Source: Sedimentisphaerales bacterium (GTDB taxonomy: Bacteria > Planctomycetota > Phycisphaerae > Sedimentisphaerales > SM23-30). From it: 64,000 nucleotides of DNA. The DNA lies in NCBI GenBank assembly GCA_963663965.2, contig CAXXFK010000029.1, positions 160,001-224,000 of the forward strand. Reading direction: 5' to 3'. Shown piece after piece: positions 51,582 through 61,454 of this stretch (position 1 is the stretch's first letter; each line of letters starts with the position of its first letter). The position numbers were made by a program, and so were the translations under genes. Below the pieces are notes generated by a model. The model did not search any database, was not told the origin of the DNA, and worked only from the letters and a program-made list of their open reading frames with translations.

Positions 51582-54208
51582 TCGTACGATGCTTTCAGGT
51601 TATATTGGTATTGATTTTTGGAGTCAGCTGTTGTGGCTATGCCGAAAATGGGCCAACTCATTTGGAATGGCAGGCTATTGCCGAGTTACCCGATCCGTTG
51701 GGGGTCGCCGGGCCGTTTGCAGGGATCAGTAATGGGGTATTCATCGTAGCCGGCGGGGCGAATTTTCCGGAACCAGTTTGGGAAACAGAAAAGCAATGGC
51801 ATGATTCGATTTATGTCTTATTAAAGGAGAACGATGAGAACAACATCACCTGGCGCTGGGAAACAGGTTTTAAATTGAAGAAACCCGCGGCCTATGGCGC
51901 ATCGGTAACCATTCCCGAAGGGGTGTTATGTATTGGGGGGAATAGCGGTACAGAGGTTTACAACGATGTGTTTTTGTTGAAGTGGGACAGTGAGAATAAG
52001 CGAGTTCAACAAGTTGAGATGTCGTCTTTGCCGGTTTCAAATTGTTATGGGTCGGCTGCGGTTCTAGGCGATTATGTTTATCTGGCCGGTGGGTGCAGTG
52101 AGGTTGAGTTAAAGAGCGCTACCACCGGATTCTGGCGCTTGAACATCAGTGATCTGTCTCATCCGCTGGAACTGGTTTGGGAATCCTTGCCGGATTGGCC
52201 TGGTTCTGCCAGGGCATTTAATATGACCGTCGCTCAACATAATGGTGTTACAGATGCCATTTATGTATTCAGCGGACGTTGTGTGGATGCTGATACCGGC
52301 GAGACGCAACTGCTTACCGATCTGTATGAGTTTTGTCCGTCAATCTACGAGTCTGATTGTTATGATCCGATCTCCGGCGAGTATCATGGGGCGGTTTCCC
52401 CGTGGCGACGTCGGAGTGATTTGCCCGCATGCCGGATGGCTGGAATTGCCGCAGCAGTAGGGCAAAGTCATATCTTTGTGCTGGGTGGGGATGATGGCGA
52501 GTATTTTGGGCGGGGAGATATTCTACATGATAAGCACCCGGGTTTTTCACGTCAATGTTTAGCCTATCATACGATTACGGATACCTGGGTGGAAGCCGGT
52601 GAAATGCCGGCGGCTCATGTCACCAGTGTAGCCGTTAACTGGGATGGCTCAATCATTATTCCAAGTGGTGAGGTCAGGCCGCGGGTGCGTTCACCGCGGA
52701 TCTGGTCGATTCGGATGCAAACAAAAAATGCCGCATTTGGCCTGGTGAACAGTATTACCTTGACGGTGTATCTGTTCAGCATGGTCGCGGTGGGTTTGTA
52801 TTTTACCCGACGCAATAAATCGACGGATGATTTTTTCCGGGGTGGTCAGCGGCTGCCCTGGTTTGCGGCTGGATTGAGCATCTTTGCCACGATGCTGAGC
52901 TCGATTACTTTTATTGCCGTTCCCGCAAAGGCTTACGCGACCAATTGGGTTTATTTTCTGGTGAATATGACGGCCATTCTGGTTACGCCCTTAGTGGTCT
53001 GGACATTCCTGCCTTTTTTCAGGCGAATTGACGCGACCAGCGCTTATGAATATCTGGAGAAAAGGTTTAATCTGGCGGCCCGGTTGTTTGCCAGCGCTTC
53101 GTTTATTGTTTTTCAGATTGGACGGATGGCTGTGGTGATGTATCTGCCGGCGCTCGTGTTGGCGACGATTACCCCACTGACGGAATACCAGGCTATCTTG
53201 ATTATGGGGGTACTCAGTATGATTTACTGTACGGCGGGAGGGTTGGAGGCGGTGATCTGGACAGACGCGATACAGTCCTTTATCTTATTGGGAGGGGCGC
53301 TGGTGAGTCTGATTATTGTGATCTGGAATATTGACGGTGGACTGGGTAGTTTGTTGCAGATGGCGAGTGCTGAGGGGAAATTCCATCTGGTAGACTGGGA
53401 CTGGTCGGGTGGCAGTTTTATGACAACCGCCTTGTGGGTGGTGTTACTGGGTGGTTTGGGGCAATCCCTGGTCCCTTATACCTCCGATCAGGCGATTATT
53501 CAGCGATATATGGCGGTTTCTGATAAGAAGAGGGCGGCCCGGGCGATCTGGACGAATGCCGTTGCGATTTTTCCGGCCACGGTTTTGTTCTTTGGCATCG
53601 GGACGGCCCTGTTCGTTTTTTATAAATGTCATCCTGAAAAGCTGGACCCGGGATTTAAAACTGATGCGATATTTCCGCTTTTTATCGCGCGTGAGCTACC
53701 GGTTGGTCTGGCGGGTCTGGTCGTTGCCGGAATTTTTGCTGCGGCCCAATCTACCATATCAACCAGTATGAACAGCGCCTCAACTTCGCTGGTTACGGAC
53801 TTCGTGCGGCGGTTTGGTTTGTTGAAAGAGGAAAAGGGGTATTTATTACTGGCTCGGATTGTGACGGTATTGTTGGGATTGCTGGGAACGGCGCTGGCAT
53901 TGCTGTTTGCCACATCAGATATCAAATCGCTGTGGGATCAGTTTATGACGATCCTGGGATTGTTTGGCGGGGCGATGTGTGGATTGTTCTGCCTGGGGAT
54001 ATTTACGCGCAGGACACATGGGGTGGGCGCCCTGATCGGTGCGTTAATGGGGGCAGTGATATTGTGGTGGTTTCAGGGGCATACCCGGGCGCACCTGTTG
54101 TTGTATGGAACGGTCGGCATCGCAGGGACTTTTGTAACGGGCTATCTTGCCAGTTGGTTAATGCCGAGGCCGAAGAGAGATCTGACTGGTTTGACGATTT
54201 ATGACTGA
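51578..54208 (+). CDS. Fusion of Kelch-repeat sialic acid mutarotase (NanM-like) and sodium:solute symporter (SiaT-like)
   Basis: N-half [34 protein letters not shown]-half [39 protein letters not shown]. Confidence 0.9.
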   Translation: MIVRCFQVILVLIFGVSCCGYAENGPTHLEWQAIAELPDPLGVAGPFAGISNGVFIVAGGANFPEPVWETEKQWHDSIYVLLKENDENNITWRWETGFKLKKPAAYGASVTIPEGVLCIGGNSGTEVYNDVFLLKWDSENKRVQQVEMSSLPVSNCYGSAAVLGDYVYLAGGCSEVELKSATTGFWRLNISDLSHPLELVWESLPDWPGSARAFNMTVAQHNGVTDAIYVFSGRCVDADTGETQLLTDLYEFCPSIYESDCYDPISGEYHGAVSPWRRRSDLPACRMAGIAAAVGQSHIFVLGGDDGEYFGRGDILHDKHPGFSRQCLAYHTITDTWVEAGEMPAAHVTSVAVNWDGSIIIPSGEVRPRVRSPRIWSIRMQTKNAAFGLVNSITLTVYLFSMVAVGLYFTRRNKSTDDFFRGGQRLPWFAAGLSIFATMLSSITFIAVPAKAYATNWVYFLVNMTAILVTPLVVWTFLPFFRRIDATSAYEYLEKRFNLAARLFASASFIVFQIGRMAVVMYLPALVLATITPLTEYQAILIMGVLSMIYCTAGGLEAVIWTDAIQSFILLGGALVSLIIVIWNIDGGLGSLLQMASAEGKFHLVDWDWSGGSFMTTALWVVLLGGLGQSLVPYTSDQAIIQRYMAVSDKKRAARAIWTNAVAIFPATVLFFGIGTALFVFYKCHPEKLDPGFKTDAIFPLFIARELPVGLAGLVVAGIFAAAQSTISTSMNSASTSLVTDFVRRFGLLKEEKGYLLLARIVTVLLGLLGTALALLFATSDIKSLWDQFMTILGLFGGAMCGLFCLGIFTRRTHGVGALIGALMGAVILWWFQGHTRAHLLLYGTVGIAGTFVTGYLASWLMPRPKRDLTGLTIYD

Positions 54209-54210
54209 TT

Positions 54211-54314
54211 TATACCCAAAGGGTATGAAAATTCCCGATCGCTCGCAAGATAAGTTTTTACGTGAGTAGACTTATATCACGGCCCAGCGGGCATTTTCAA
54301 TTGTAAGCAGTATA
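54211..54314 (+). repeat. MITE/ERIC-like intergenic repeat, copy D
   Basis: TATACCCAAAGGGTATGAAAATTCCCGATCGCTCGCAAG-hairpin-GGCCCAGCGGGC-ATTTTCAATTGTAAGCAGTATA; both ends read TATAC-N10-TGAAAAT inward. Confidence 0.8.
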
Positions 54315-54337
54315 TCAAGAAGTCGTTCTGAGAATTA

Positions 54338-55504
54338 TCAGTGGATGAATTCGCAGAGGTTGGAGTGAAACAGGGAGTCAATTTCATGGTAGCGGTTTCG
54401 GTGGGTTTTAACAAAGAGGAAACCAAAAAGAGGAAATTTATGGAAATCGACTCTGGTGAGATGAAGGGGGCATTCCAATTTGCTGAGCAGGGCGTCATAG
54501 TCAAAGGCGTTAATTTTTCTGCCAGGAATACCGGTTGAGTTGTTAAGGACGATCAGGCTATAATAATAATCGGTTTTATCGGCCAGGAGGGCATGCCAGT
54601 CGGGTGCGGTATCATTAAAAAAGCATTCGTAAGAGTTGAAGCCATAGCAATGGCCGGTGAAATCGCCGGTAGTGCACCAGCCGCCGAACCGGAGGGGATT
54701 GATTTCGATGGGGCGTAAGATACCATGGGAATCGATGCGGACTTCGATGTGGAGCGGGATGTTTTGCAGGCCGACTAATTCTCCCAGATCATGCAGGAAG
54801 GAGTCAAAGGTGTTGAGGTTATTGAGAATAATGTCGCTGTTAGCGATATAAAGGCGGTCGCTGACATCGGAATCGGAAGAGAAGGGGTGATGCAGGATAT
54901 TGAGGATAACCGGTTGGCCGTGGCTGTTGAAATAGACATCGAGGGCGTATTCATCGCCGGTGATATACTGTTCGACGATAAACGAACCGGTATTGAGAAC
55001 CTGGGCCGGATATAAGCTCTGGATGTAATCGCATTCCTGGCGGATCTGGGCGTGAATGGCCGGCCAGTCATCAGGGTGATTGACACAGTGGACACCGAGA
55101 CTGAAAAAACCGATATTCGGTTTGATGATGAACGGGCAGGGGATTTGATCTGGTTGGAGGGTATCGAGTTGGCTTAGTGGAAATGTCTGGTAAAAGAAAT
55201 CGGGGAAGAGAGATTTTGTCAGGTTGCGGAAAGCGGCTTTGTCTTTAAAGAGCAGGACATCTTGAGCGAGTTTGGTAAAACCGAGATTCGTTTCGAGCCA
55301 TGCAATGGCGTTTTCGGAGGAGGTATAGAGGCGGGGAAGGGGATGGTGGTGGTAGCGGCTGATGGCGTCTGATTGGGCGATGAATGGAACGGAATGACCG
55401 GCAAGCAGTTCGCGAGCCGGTGGGGTGTCGATGACTTCATACTGGTTGCGAACGATGGTCTGGATGAGGTAATCGGATATATGGGGATGGTCAATAATGA
55501 TCAT
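54338..55504 (-). CDS. ATP-grasp domain protein of unknown function
   Basis: KDKAAFR, PFIIKPNIGFFSLGV, IVEQYITGDEY, HIEVR, PIEINPLRFGG. Confidence 0.85.
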   Translation of the reverse strand: MIIIDHPHISDYLIQTIVRNQYEVIDTPPARELLAGHSVPFIAQSDAISRYHHHPLPRLYTSSENAIAWLETNLGFTKLAQDVLLFKDKAAFRNLTKSLFPDFFYQTFPLSQLDTLQPDQIPCPFIIKPNIGFFSLGVHCVNHPDDWPAIHAQIRQECDYIQSLYPAQVLNTGSFIVEQYITGDEYALDVYFNSHGQPVILNILHHPFSSDSDVSDRLYIANSDIILNNLNTFDSFLHDLGELVGLQNIPLHIEVRIDSHGILRPIEINPLRFGGWCTTGDFTGHCYGFNSYECFFNDTAPDWHALLADKTDYYYSLIVLNNSTGIPGRKINAFDYDALLSKLECPLHLTRVDFHKFPLFGFLFVKTHRNRYHEIDSLFHSNLCEFIH

Positions 55505-55568
55505 GGCATGTCCAGGAAAAGTGTTTTAAAGCTAACATCTTAAGATATGGCCTGTTTAATAATTGGGT

Positions 55569-56357
55569 TTAAAGGATGGTGGGTCCATTAATTTCAAGTA
55601 ATAAGTCGTTGAAGATATTGTCTAATTGAGTGGAGTCACGGGTTTGCTGGGACGGTTGGTGGTCGGCTTGCAGGCGCTCCAGCTGATATTCGAGAAAATC
55701 AGAGATTGCGGGAATACGGGGACCGGAATCCAGTTCGTCACCGGAACGCTTGTGCTCGATTAACTGGTCAATTTCACATCGCAATTCCGGATCTTCAATC
55801 AAGGCATTGACTAATTTGATAAATTCGGTGGGAACCGGGCCCAGGCTGCGTTCGATCCAGAGACAGGCCAGGACCGGTCGCAGGACGTAGAAATACTTTT
55901 TGGGGCGGACAATATCATTTTTCAGATAGTCGCGATAATTATTCTGGGCCATACGCAAATAGTGATAACTACAGGCAATGGGAGAGTAGTAGCATGGCAA
56001 TATTGGTAGGAGTTTTTGTCTCAGGAGTGGGTGTTCGCGATAGATGATGGGCGACTGAAGCCATTCCAGCAAGGGCGGATTGGATTTGCGTAATAATTTG
56101 AGGGCTTTGGGCAGGTCCCAACCAGAGATATCGAGAACTGGATCGACAGGGCGCTCTATGACATCGCGCCTGTCCTGAATGGTCAGATAAGAGCGTGTGG
56201 ATTTTAAATAGATAAACCGCACATCGTAATCGCTGTCCATAGATTCGAAACCCCAGGCGCGACTTCCCGATTCGCAGGCATACAGGATGGTAACCTGCCT
56301 GGATTCGGCGATGTGATTCAATTCATTCTGGATGGCATCGATTATGGATTCGCTCAT
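55569..56357 (-). CDS. Pol-beta superfamily nucleotidyltransferase (YcgL/RlaP-like)
   Basis: ACESGSRAWGFESMDSDYDVRFIY, GWDLPKAL, SNPPLLEWLQSP, KKYFYVLRP. Confidence 0.88.
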   Translation of the reverse strand: MSESIIDAIQNELNHIAESRQVTILYACESGSRAWGFESMDSDYDVRFIYLKSTRSYLTIQDRRDVIERPVDPVLDISGWDLPKALKLLRKSNPPLLEWLQSPIIYREHPLLRQKLLPILPCYYSPIACSYHYLRMAQNNYRDYLKNDIVRPKKYFYVLRPVLACLWIERSLGPVPTEFIKLVNALIEDPELRCEIDQLIEHKRSGDELDSGPRIPAISDFLEYQLERLQADHQPSQQTRDSTQLDNIFNDLLLEINGPTIL

Positions 56358-56363
56358 GCTGCT

Positions 56364-57819
56364 TTATCGTTTATGGAGTAACGCGAAGTAACCTCCATCG
56401 TTCCAGGTATAGGTGATAGCATTGTCAGGGAGATTAGCTGGGATCAGGTCTGCCGGGATGGGCGCCGCCTGGGGGAGGGTCAGACGCGATTCAATGCATT
56501 CGAGGTCATCACGCAGCTGCATCAGCTTTTCGATGAGCTGTTCATTTTCCATGGGATCAATACTGCAGGTGCTATAAAGGATACGCCCGCCGGATTTAAC
56601 CGATTCGATGGCGCGCTGGAGTAGTTCGAGTTGGGTCTCGGCATTACGATTCAGTTGTGCCGGTTTAAGCAGGTGACGGGCTTCAACGCGGCGCGCCAGA
56701 ACACCGGTATTCGAACAGGGAGCGTCGACCAGGGCCGCGTCAAAAGGCCCGTGTGACGCGATGACGGAATCAAAATCGTCGGCGCGTACCGGTTGAATGA
56801 TGTCAATGCCCAACCGTTCGGTATTCTGCTCGATGGCTTCCAGTTTGCGGCGGGTCAGGTCGCAGGCGACAATCAGTCCCTGGTTATTCATCAGTTCGGC
56901 CAGATGAGTGGCTTTGCCGCCGGGCGCGGCACACAGGTCGAGGATTTTATCCCCCGGCTGAGGTTTTAAAGTAGGAGCCACTTGCATGGCCGTTGAATCC
57001 TGAATATAGAACAGGCCTTCGGAAAAAACCGGGCAAATTGACTGGATTGATACGGACCAATAGATGGATCGCAAGACCCAGGCGTAAAGCGGGAATGTTA
57101 TCAGCTTTCAGTTTTGCCAACAGTTCTTCTGATGATGTTTTAAGGCGATTTGGGCGTAACGTGATGGTGGGGCGAATATTGTTGGTCCGGCAGATTCGTT
57201 CGGTCGTTTCCAAGCCGAATTTTTTTATCCAGCGATCCGTTAACCAGCGGGGATGACTCCAGACCAAAGAGAGGTATTTATCCGGTGTGCGTTTTTTTTC
57301 GGGTAGAAAATCTTTTTTAAAAATTACCTGGGTTCCATCCGATAAGGGCAGGATCGCTTTTTCGGGAAAATATTTAGGATTATCGACCATATCGCGTTGA
57401 ATGGAACGAAGTAGCGCATTGACGAAATTGTCCGCACCGGTAATTTTAGTCTGACGGGCCTGTTCAACGGCTTGATGTGTCACGGCAAAATCAGGCGTTC
57501 GATCCAGATAGAGCAGCTGGTAGAGAGCAACTCTTAATATTTGTAGAATAACCGGGTCAATCTGTCGCATGGAACGGTTGCTGTGTTTTTCGATAATGTG
57601 ATCCAGCGTGATCAACATGCGGCAGGCCCCCAGGGCCAGTTCCCCGGCCAGGGTGCAGTCGCGGGGATCAAGGCTGACCTGGGATAGCGCGGTATCCAGT
57701 GACTCCTGGATCAGCTTATTTTCTCTGGCAAACAGATTGAGGCAATTGACCGCGATATTCCGGGCGGAATCGTTGGGAAGCAATATTGTTTTCTTTTTGG
57801 CCATTGATTGGTTATCCAT
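56364..57819 (-). CDS. rsmB: 16S rRNA m5C967 methyltransferase with NusB-like N-terminus, frameshift at 57023-57028
   Basis: ILRVALYQLLYLD, FVNALLR, SHPRWL, YIQD, DLCAAPGGK, DAPCSNTG, YSTCS. Confidence 0.88.
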
Positions 57820-58753
57820 TCAGGAAACAGTCACCGGGTGAGAGTTGGTGGCCATTGAGAAAGGCTTTATAGCTCATCACCTTGCTGTTTTGTGGTTTTA
57901 ATTCATGAATTTTAAGACTGCCCGAGCCGCAGGCTATGGACATATCCGGCAATAGGCAACCGGGCGGGCTATTGGCCGGGTTATCGAGAAACGACTCTGC
58001 GCGAACCAGAGTTAAGCGAATAGGTTCAGTATTGCCATGAGTGAGAAGATGACAATAACCGCCGGGCCAGGGCCACATGCCGCGAATCTGGCAGGCGATT
58101 TCATTTGCAGGTCTGGACCAGTCGATCGCTCCTGAGGATTTTTGGAGTTTGGGGGCTTTGCAGGCCAGGCTGTCATCCTGATGGTAGGGATGAATCGCGC
58201 CATCAGCGATTTTACGCAGGATTTCGCTGATTAACAGAGGTCCCATAGCTGCCAGGCGGTCATGTAATTCACCGGCAGTTTCCAAAGGATGGATCGGGGT
58301 TCGGTGTTGACCGAGGATGTTACCCGCATCCCATTGTTCGTTCAGTTCAAAGATCGTAATGCCGGTTTCTGATTCTCCGTTTATTATGGCCCAGTTGATC
58401 GGGGCAGCTCCCCGATATTTAGGCAGGAGAGAACTGTGCAGATTGAGAATCCGACAATTGGGTAAGGCCAGAATTTCTTTGCCAATCCACTGGCCAAATG
58501 CAATGACAAGAATAATGTCAGGATTGAGTGTCCTGATGTGTTCCACTTCTGATAGGGCATTGATATTTTCAGCCTCTCGAAAAGGGATACCCAATTCCCG
58601 GGCAGTCAGCTCGACGGGAGTGGGGGTAACCTTTCGGCCGCGACCGGCCGGGCGAGCCGGTTGCGTGAAAATTTCCACCAGCTTATGATTTTTTGCCAGA
58701 TAACTCAAACTGGGCATGCCAAATTGGCCGCTACCCATAAAAACTATACGCAT
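57812..58753 (-). CDS. fmt: Methionyl-tRNA formyltransferase
   Basis: MRIVFMG, TQPARPAGRG, NLHSSLLPKYRGAAPINWAI, DAG. Confidence 0.95.
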   Translation of the reverse strand: MRIVFMGSGQFGMPSLSYLAKNHKLVEIFTQPARPAGRGRKVTPTPVELTARELGIPFREAENINALSEVEHIRTLNPDIILVIAFGQWIGKEILALPNCRILNLHSSLLPKYRGAAPINWAIINGESETGITIFELNEQWDAGNILGQHRTPIHPLETAGELHDRLAAMGPLLISEILRKIADGAIHPYHQDDSLACKAPKLQKSSGAIDWSRPANEIACQIRGMWPWPGGYCHLLTHGNTEPIRLTLVRAESFLDNPANSPPGCLLPDMSIACGSGSLKIHELKPQNSKVMSYKAFLNGHQLSPGDCFLNG

Positions 58754-58788
58754 ACATGTATCCTTTGAAGTATCGAAATGACGGTATA

Positions 58789-61451
58789 TTAATCGATTTG
58801 GGTTTGGAAATCAAATTGTTCCAGAGCTTTATAATCGATTTTCCCTGTCCCCAGGAGCGGCAGGGCCTCTATTTTGACAACCTGGCGAATGTTATGCAAT
58901 CCAGAAAGCCCTGCATCTCTAATAATGGCATTGGCCTGATCCCGTTTGATATCCCGAGTGGTAAACAGAATGATTTCCGGACGCCCTTCTGTCGTGCGAT
59001 GGCCTATACAGAGTGCAGGGGCATCCGATTCTTCTGACTGAGGGGGTAGATGATCCAGCAGGGCTGATTCAATGGCTGGGAGAGAAACCATTTCTCCCCC
59101 TATTTTAACAAAACGTTTTAAACGGCCCTTGAAAGTAAGGATACCATCTTCTGACTGACTGACCAGATCCCCCGTACGGTACCACTGCTTGTCATCATAT
59201 TCGACGAAAGGACTTGGACCGTTATAATGAAGATAACCTGAGAAGATGGAAGGGCCACGGACCAGCAGCATGCCGGTTTCATTAAGAGCAACCGGCCGGT
59301 TGGTTTCAAGATGTACGATGGCATATTCCACGGAAGGCATCATTTTGCCGATAGTGCCGGGATGGGATTTTCGCTGGAGTTAACGCTCAGGATTGGAGAG
59401 CATTCAGTCACCCCGTAGCCTTCGATGATGACCAGGCGATTGCATTTTTCATGGACGAGATCATAGACCCGCTGGGGGCATTTTTCCGCGCCACTGACTA
59501 CCAGGCGCAGACTATCGATCTGGCCGGGAAGAGTGGTTCGAACGATGGTATTCAGAAAAGTAGGAGTGCCGACGAGCAGAGTCGCCTTCCATTTTTCGAT
59601 TATGCCGGCGAGTGAGGAGCCATGGGTTGGATTGGGATAATAGACGGCACGAATCCCGGTTATCAGCGGCAGGACCGTACAGACAGTAATGCCGAAAGAA
59701 TGAAAGGGAGGAAGAATTCCAAGCAGACAATCATCACTTTTAAGCGTAATAGAATTCAACGCGTCGGTTAGATTGGTCATGATATTGCGGTGGGTTAATG
59801 GCACAGCCTTGGGCAGGCTTTCTGAACCACTCGTATATAGAATCACGGCGTTTTCGGGGCAGGGAGCCTGATAGAGCGAGCGCCAATTGAGGTGAGCCGT
59901 AAGAAAGGCTTTGACTTTGTCAGTGATACTAACTTGATGACGAATATCCTCAATGCAAATCAGGCGATCCTGGATCGTTGAGGCATCAATGTTTTGTTTC
60001 TGTAGACGTTCCAGCAAGGTCCGGGAGGTTATTATTTGACCGACTTCGGCATTCTGAATGGTATGGAGCAGGTTGCGACCACCCAGCGTCCAATTGACCA
60101 TAACGGGAGTTTTGCCACTGAATAACGTTGCCAGATAAAATGTCGCGGAAGCGACAGAGGCAGGCATCATAATGCCAAGACGATCACCGGGTAACTTTTC
60201 AAATTTACTCTTCAAGAGGATAATGGCCAATAATAAATCGCGATAAGTTTTCACGCCTGAAATCTGGTCAGCCAGAATTGGCTTGTTCATATGGGTGGCA
60301 GCCCGGTTCAGGAATGCTTGGCAAATAGACTGATCCGGGAAATATTTTTTTTGATCAGAAAGGTAACAATCAGAGGCAGTCGTGAACCATTTGGTATCGG
60401 GCATAGTTATTTCCTTAGACCGCGATGGACCGGAGACTTCGCCACAGGCAGCCAGCATGACATCGGCCACTGTTTGCAACGAATCGACATTGATTTGCCA
60501 GATTCCATATTCGGATTCCAGCCAGGTTATCAGTTCGGCAATGGCCAGTGAATCCATACTGAGATCAACATTAAGTTGGGCGGTATCATCGAAGCTATCC
60601 AATCCAGTTTGTTGTTTCAAGTATTCAAAGACCTGATCACGAACTGTGGGGGGGATAAGATCATCCGTGATCGAATATTCTTGAATTTTCGGTTCAGGGA
60701 GAGTACGGGTGGTATTCTTCTCCCAGATGGAATAGGGAACGTAAGTGTTGGATTCAATATGAATGTTGAAATAATTTTCTAACCAGGTATTGAGGGATTT
60801 ACGATCAGCCTGCCTGGGAAGGCTGTCAGCTATCTCAAATGAAACGGTAACATGTCGGCGCGGCATAAAAAAAATACCGGATAATAATATACTCCAGAAA
60901 CCTTTTTTCAAGGTTTTGGCGACTGACGGTCGCATGCCAGAAGCCCAACCAAAACTGCTACCCCAAAGTCCTGACGTACGAACTAATACGATGGGGGTAT
61001 CCGGTAACTCTTTCAAGATGGTTTCTACAGCGCTGTTGGCCGCTATAACGGTATGATTGGAGGTCATTAACTGGCCGCTTGGATATAAAACCAGGTTATC
61101 ACCATTGCGTAATGCTTCAATACATCGATCAATGACCTGACGAACCTGCTGTGCGGAATCGCTGCCCTTTTTAGTCAGGCTGGGTAATGGGAGGATCCGC
61201 GCCCGCCGGGCCATGAAGCGGATAAAAAACCGGTCGATTTGTTCGCTGTCGGCCAGAGCCCGGGCCTTAAACCGGTTAAATAGATAAGCCATTAAAATAA
61301 TTGGATCGATGAGGGCGGGATGATTGGGCAGGAACAAAATCCCCTGGCGATGTTGGTCGATGATGGTATCCAGACCTTTCAGATGAATCCGATATCTCAG
61401 CCAGAGAGAGAGCTTGATAAAGGCTAACAGAATGAAGTCAATCACTGCCAT
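58789..61451 (-). CDS. Aas-like acyltransferase / carrier protein / acyl-AMP ligase fusion, frameshift near 59357-59361
   Basis: NHPALID (PlsC), DLSMDSL (phosphopantetheine Ser motif), YTSGSESLPK, EGYGVTE, WYRTGD, RLKRFVKIGGEMVSL, GTGKIDY. Confidence 0.85.
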
Positions 61452-61454
61452 AAA

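Noticed and set aside
4419..54314. CRISPR array, tRNA or integron attC interpretation of the four repeats
   Set aside because: Copies are dispersed by kilobases with no spacers, cas genes or integrase, no cloverleaf, and no RYYYAAC/GTTRRRY ends.
57023..57028. Programmed frameshifting or phase variation at homopolymers
   Set aside because: Runs are short, shifts go in both directions and hit unrelated genes including rsmB; sequencing error is simpler.
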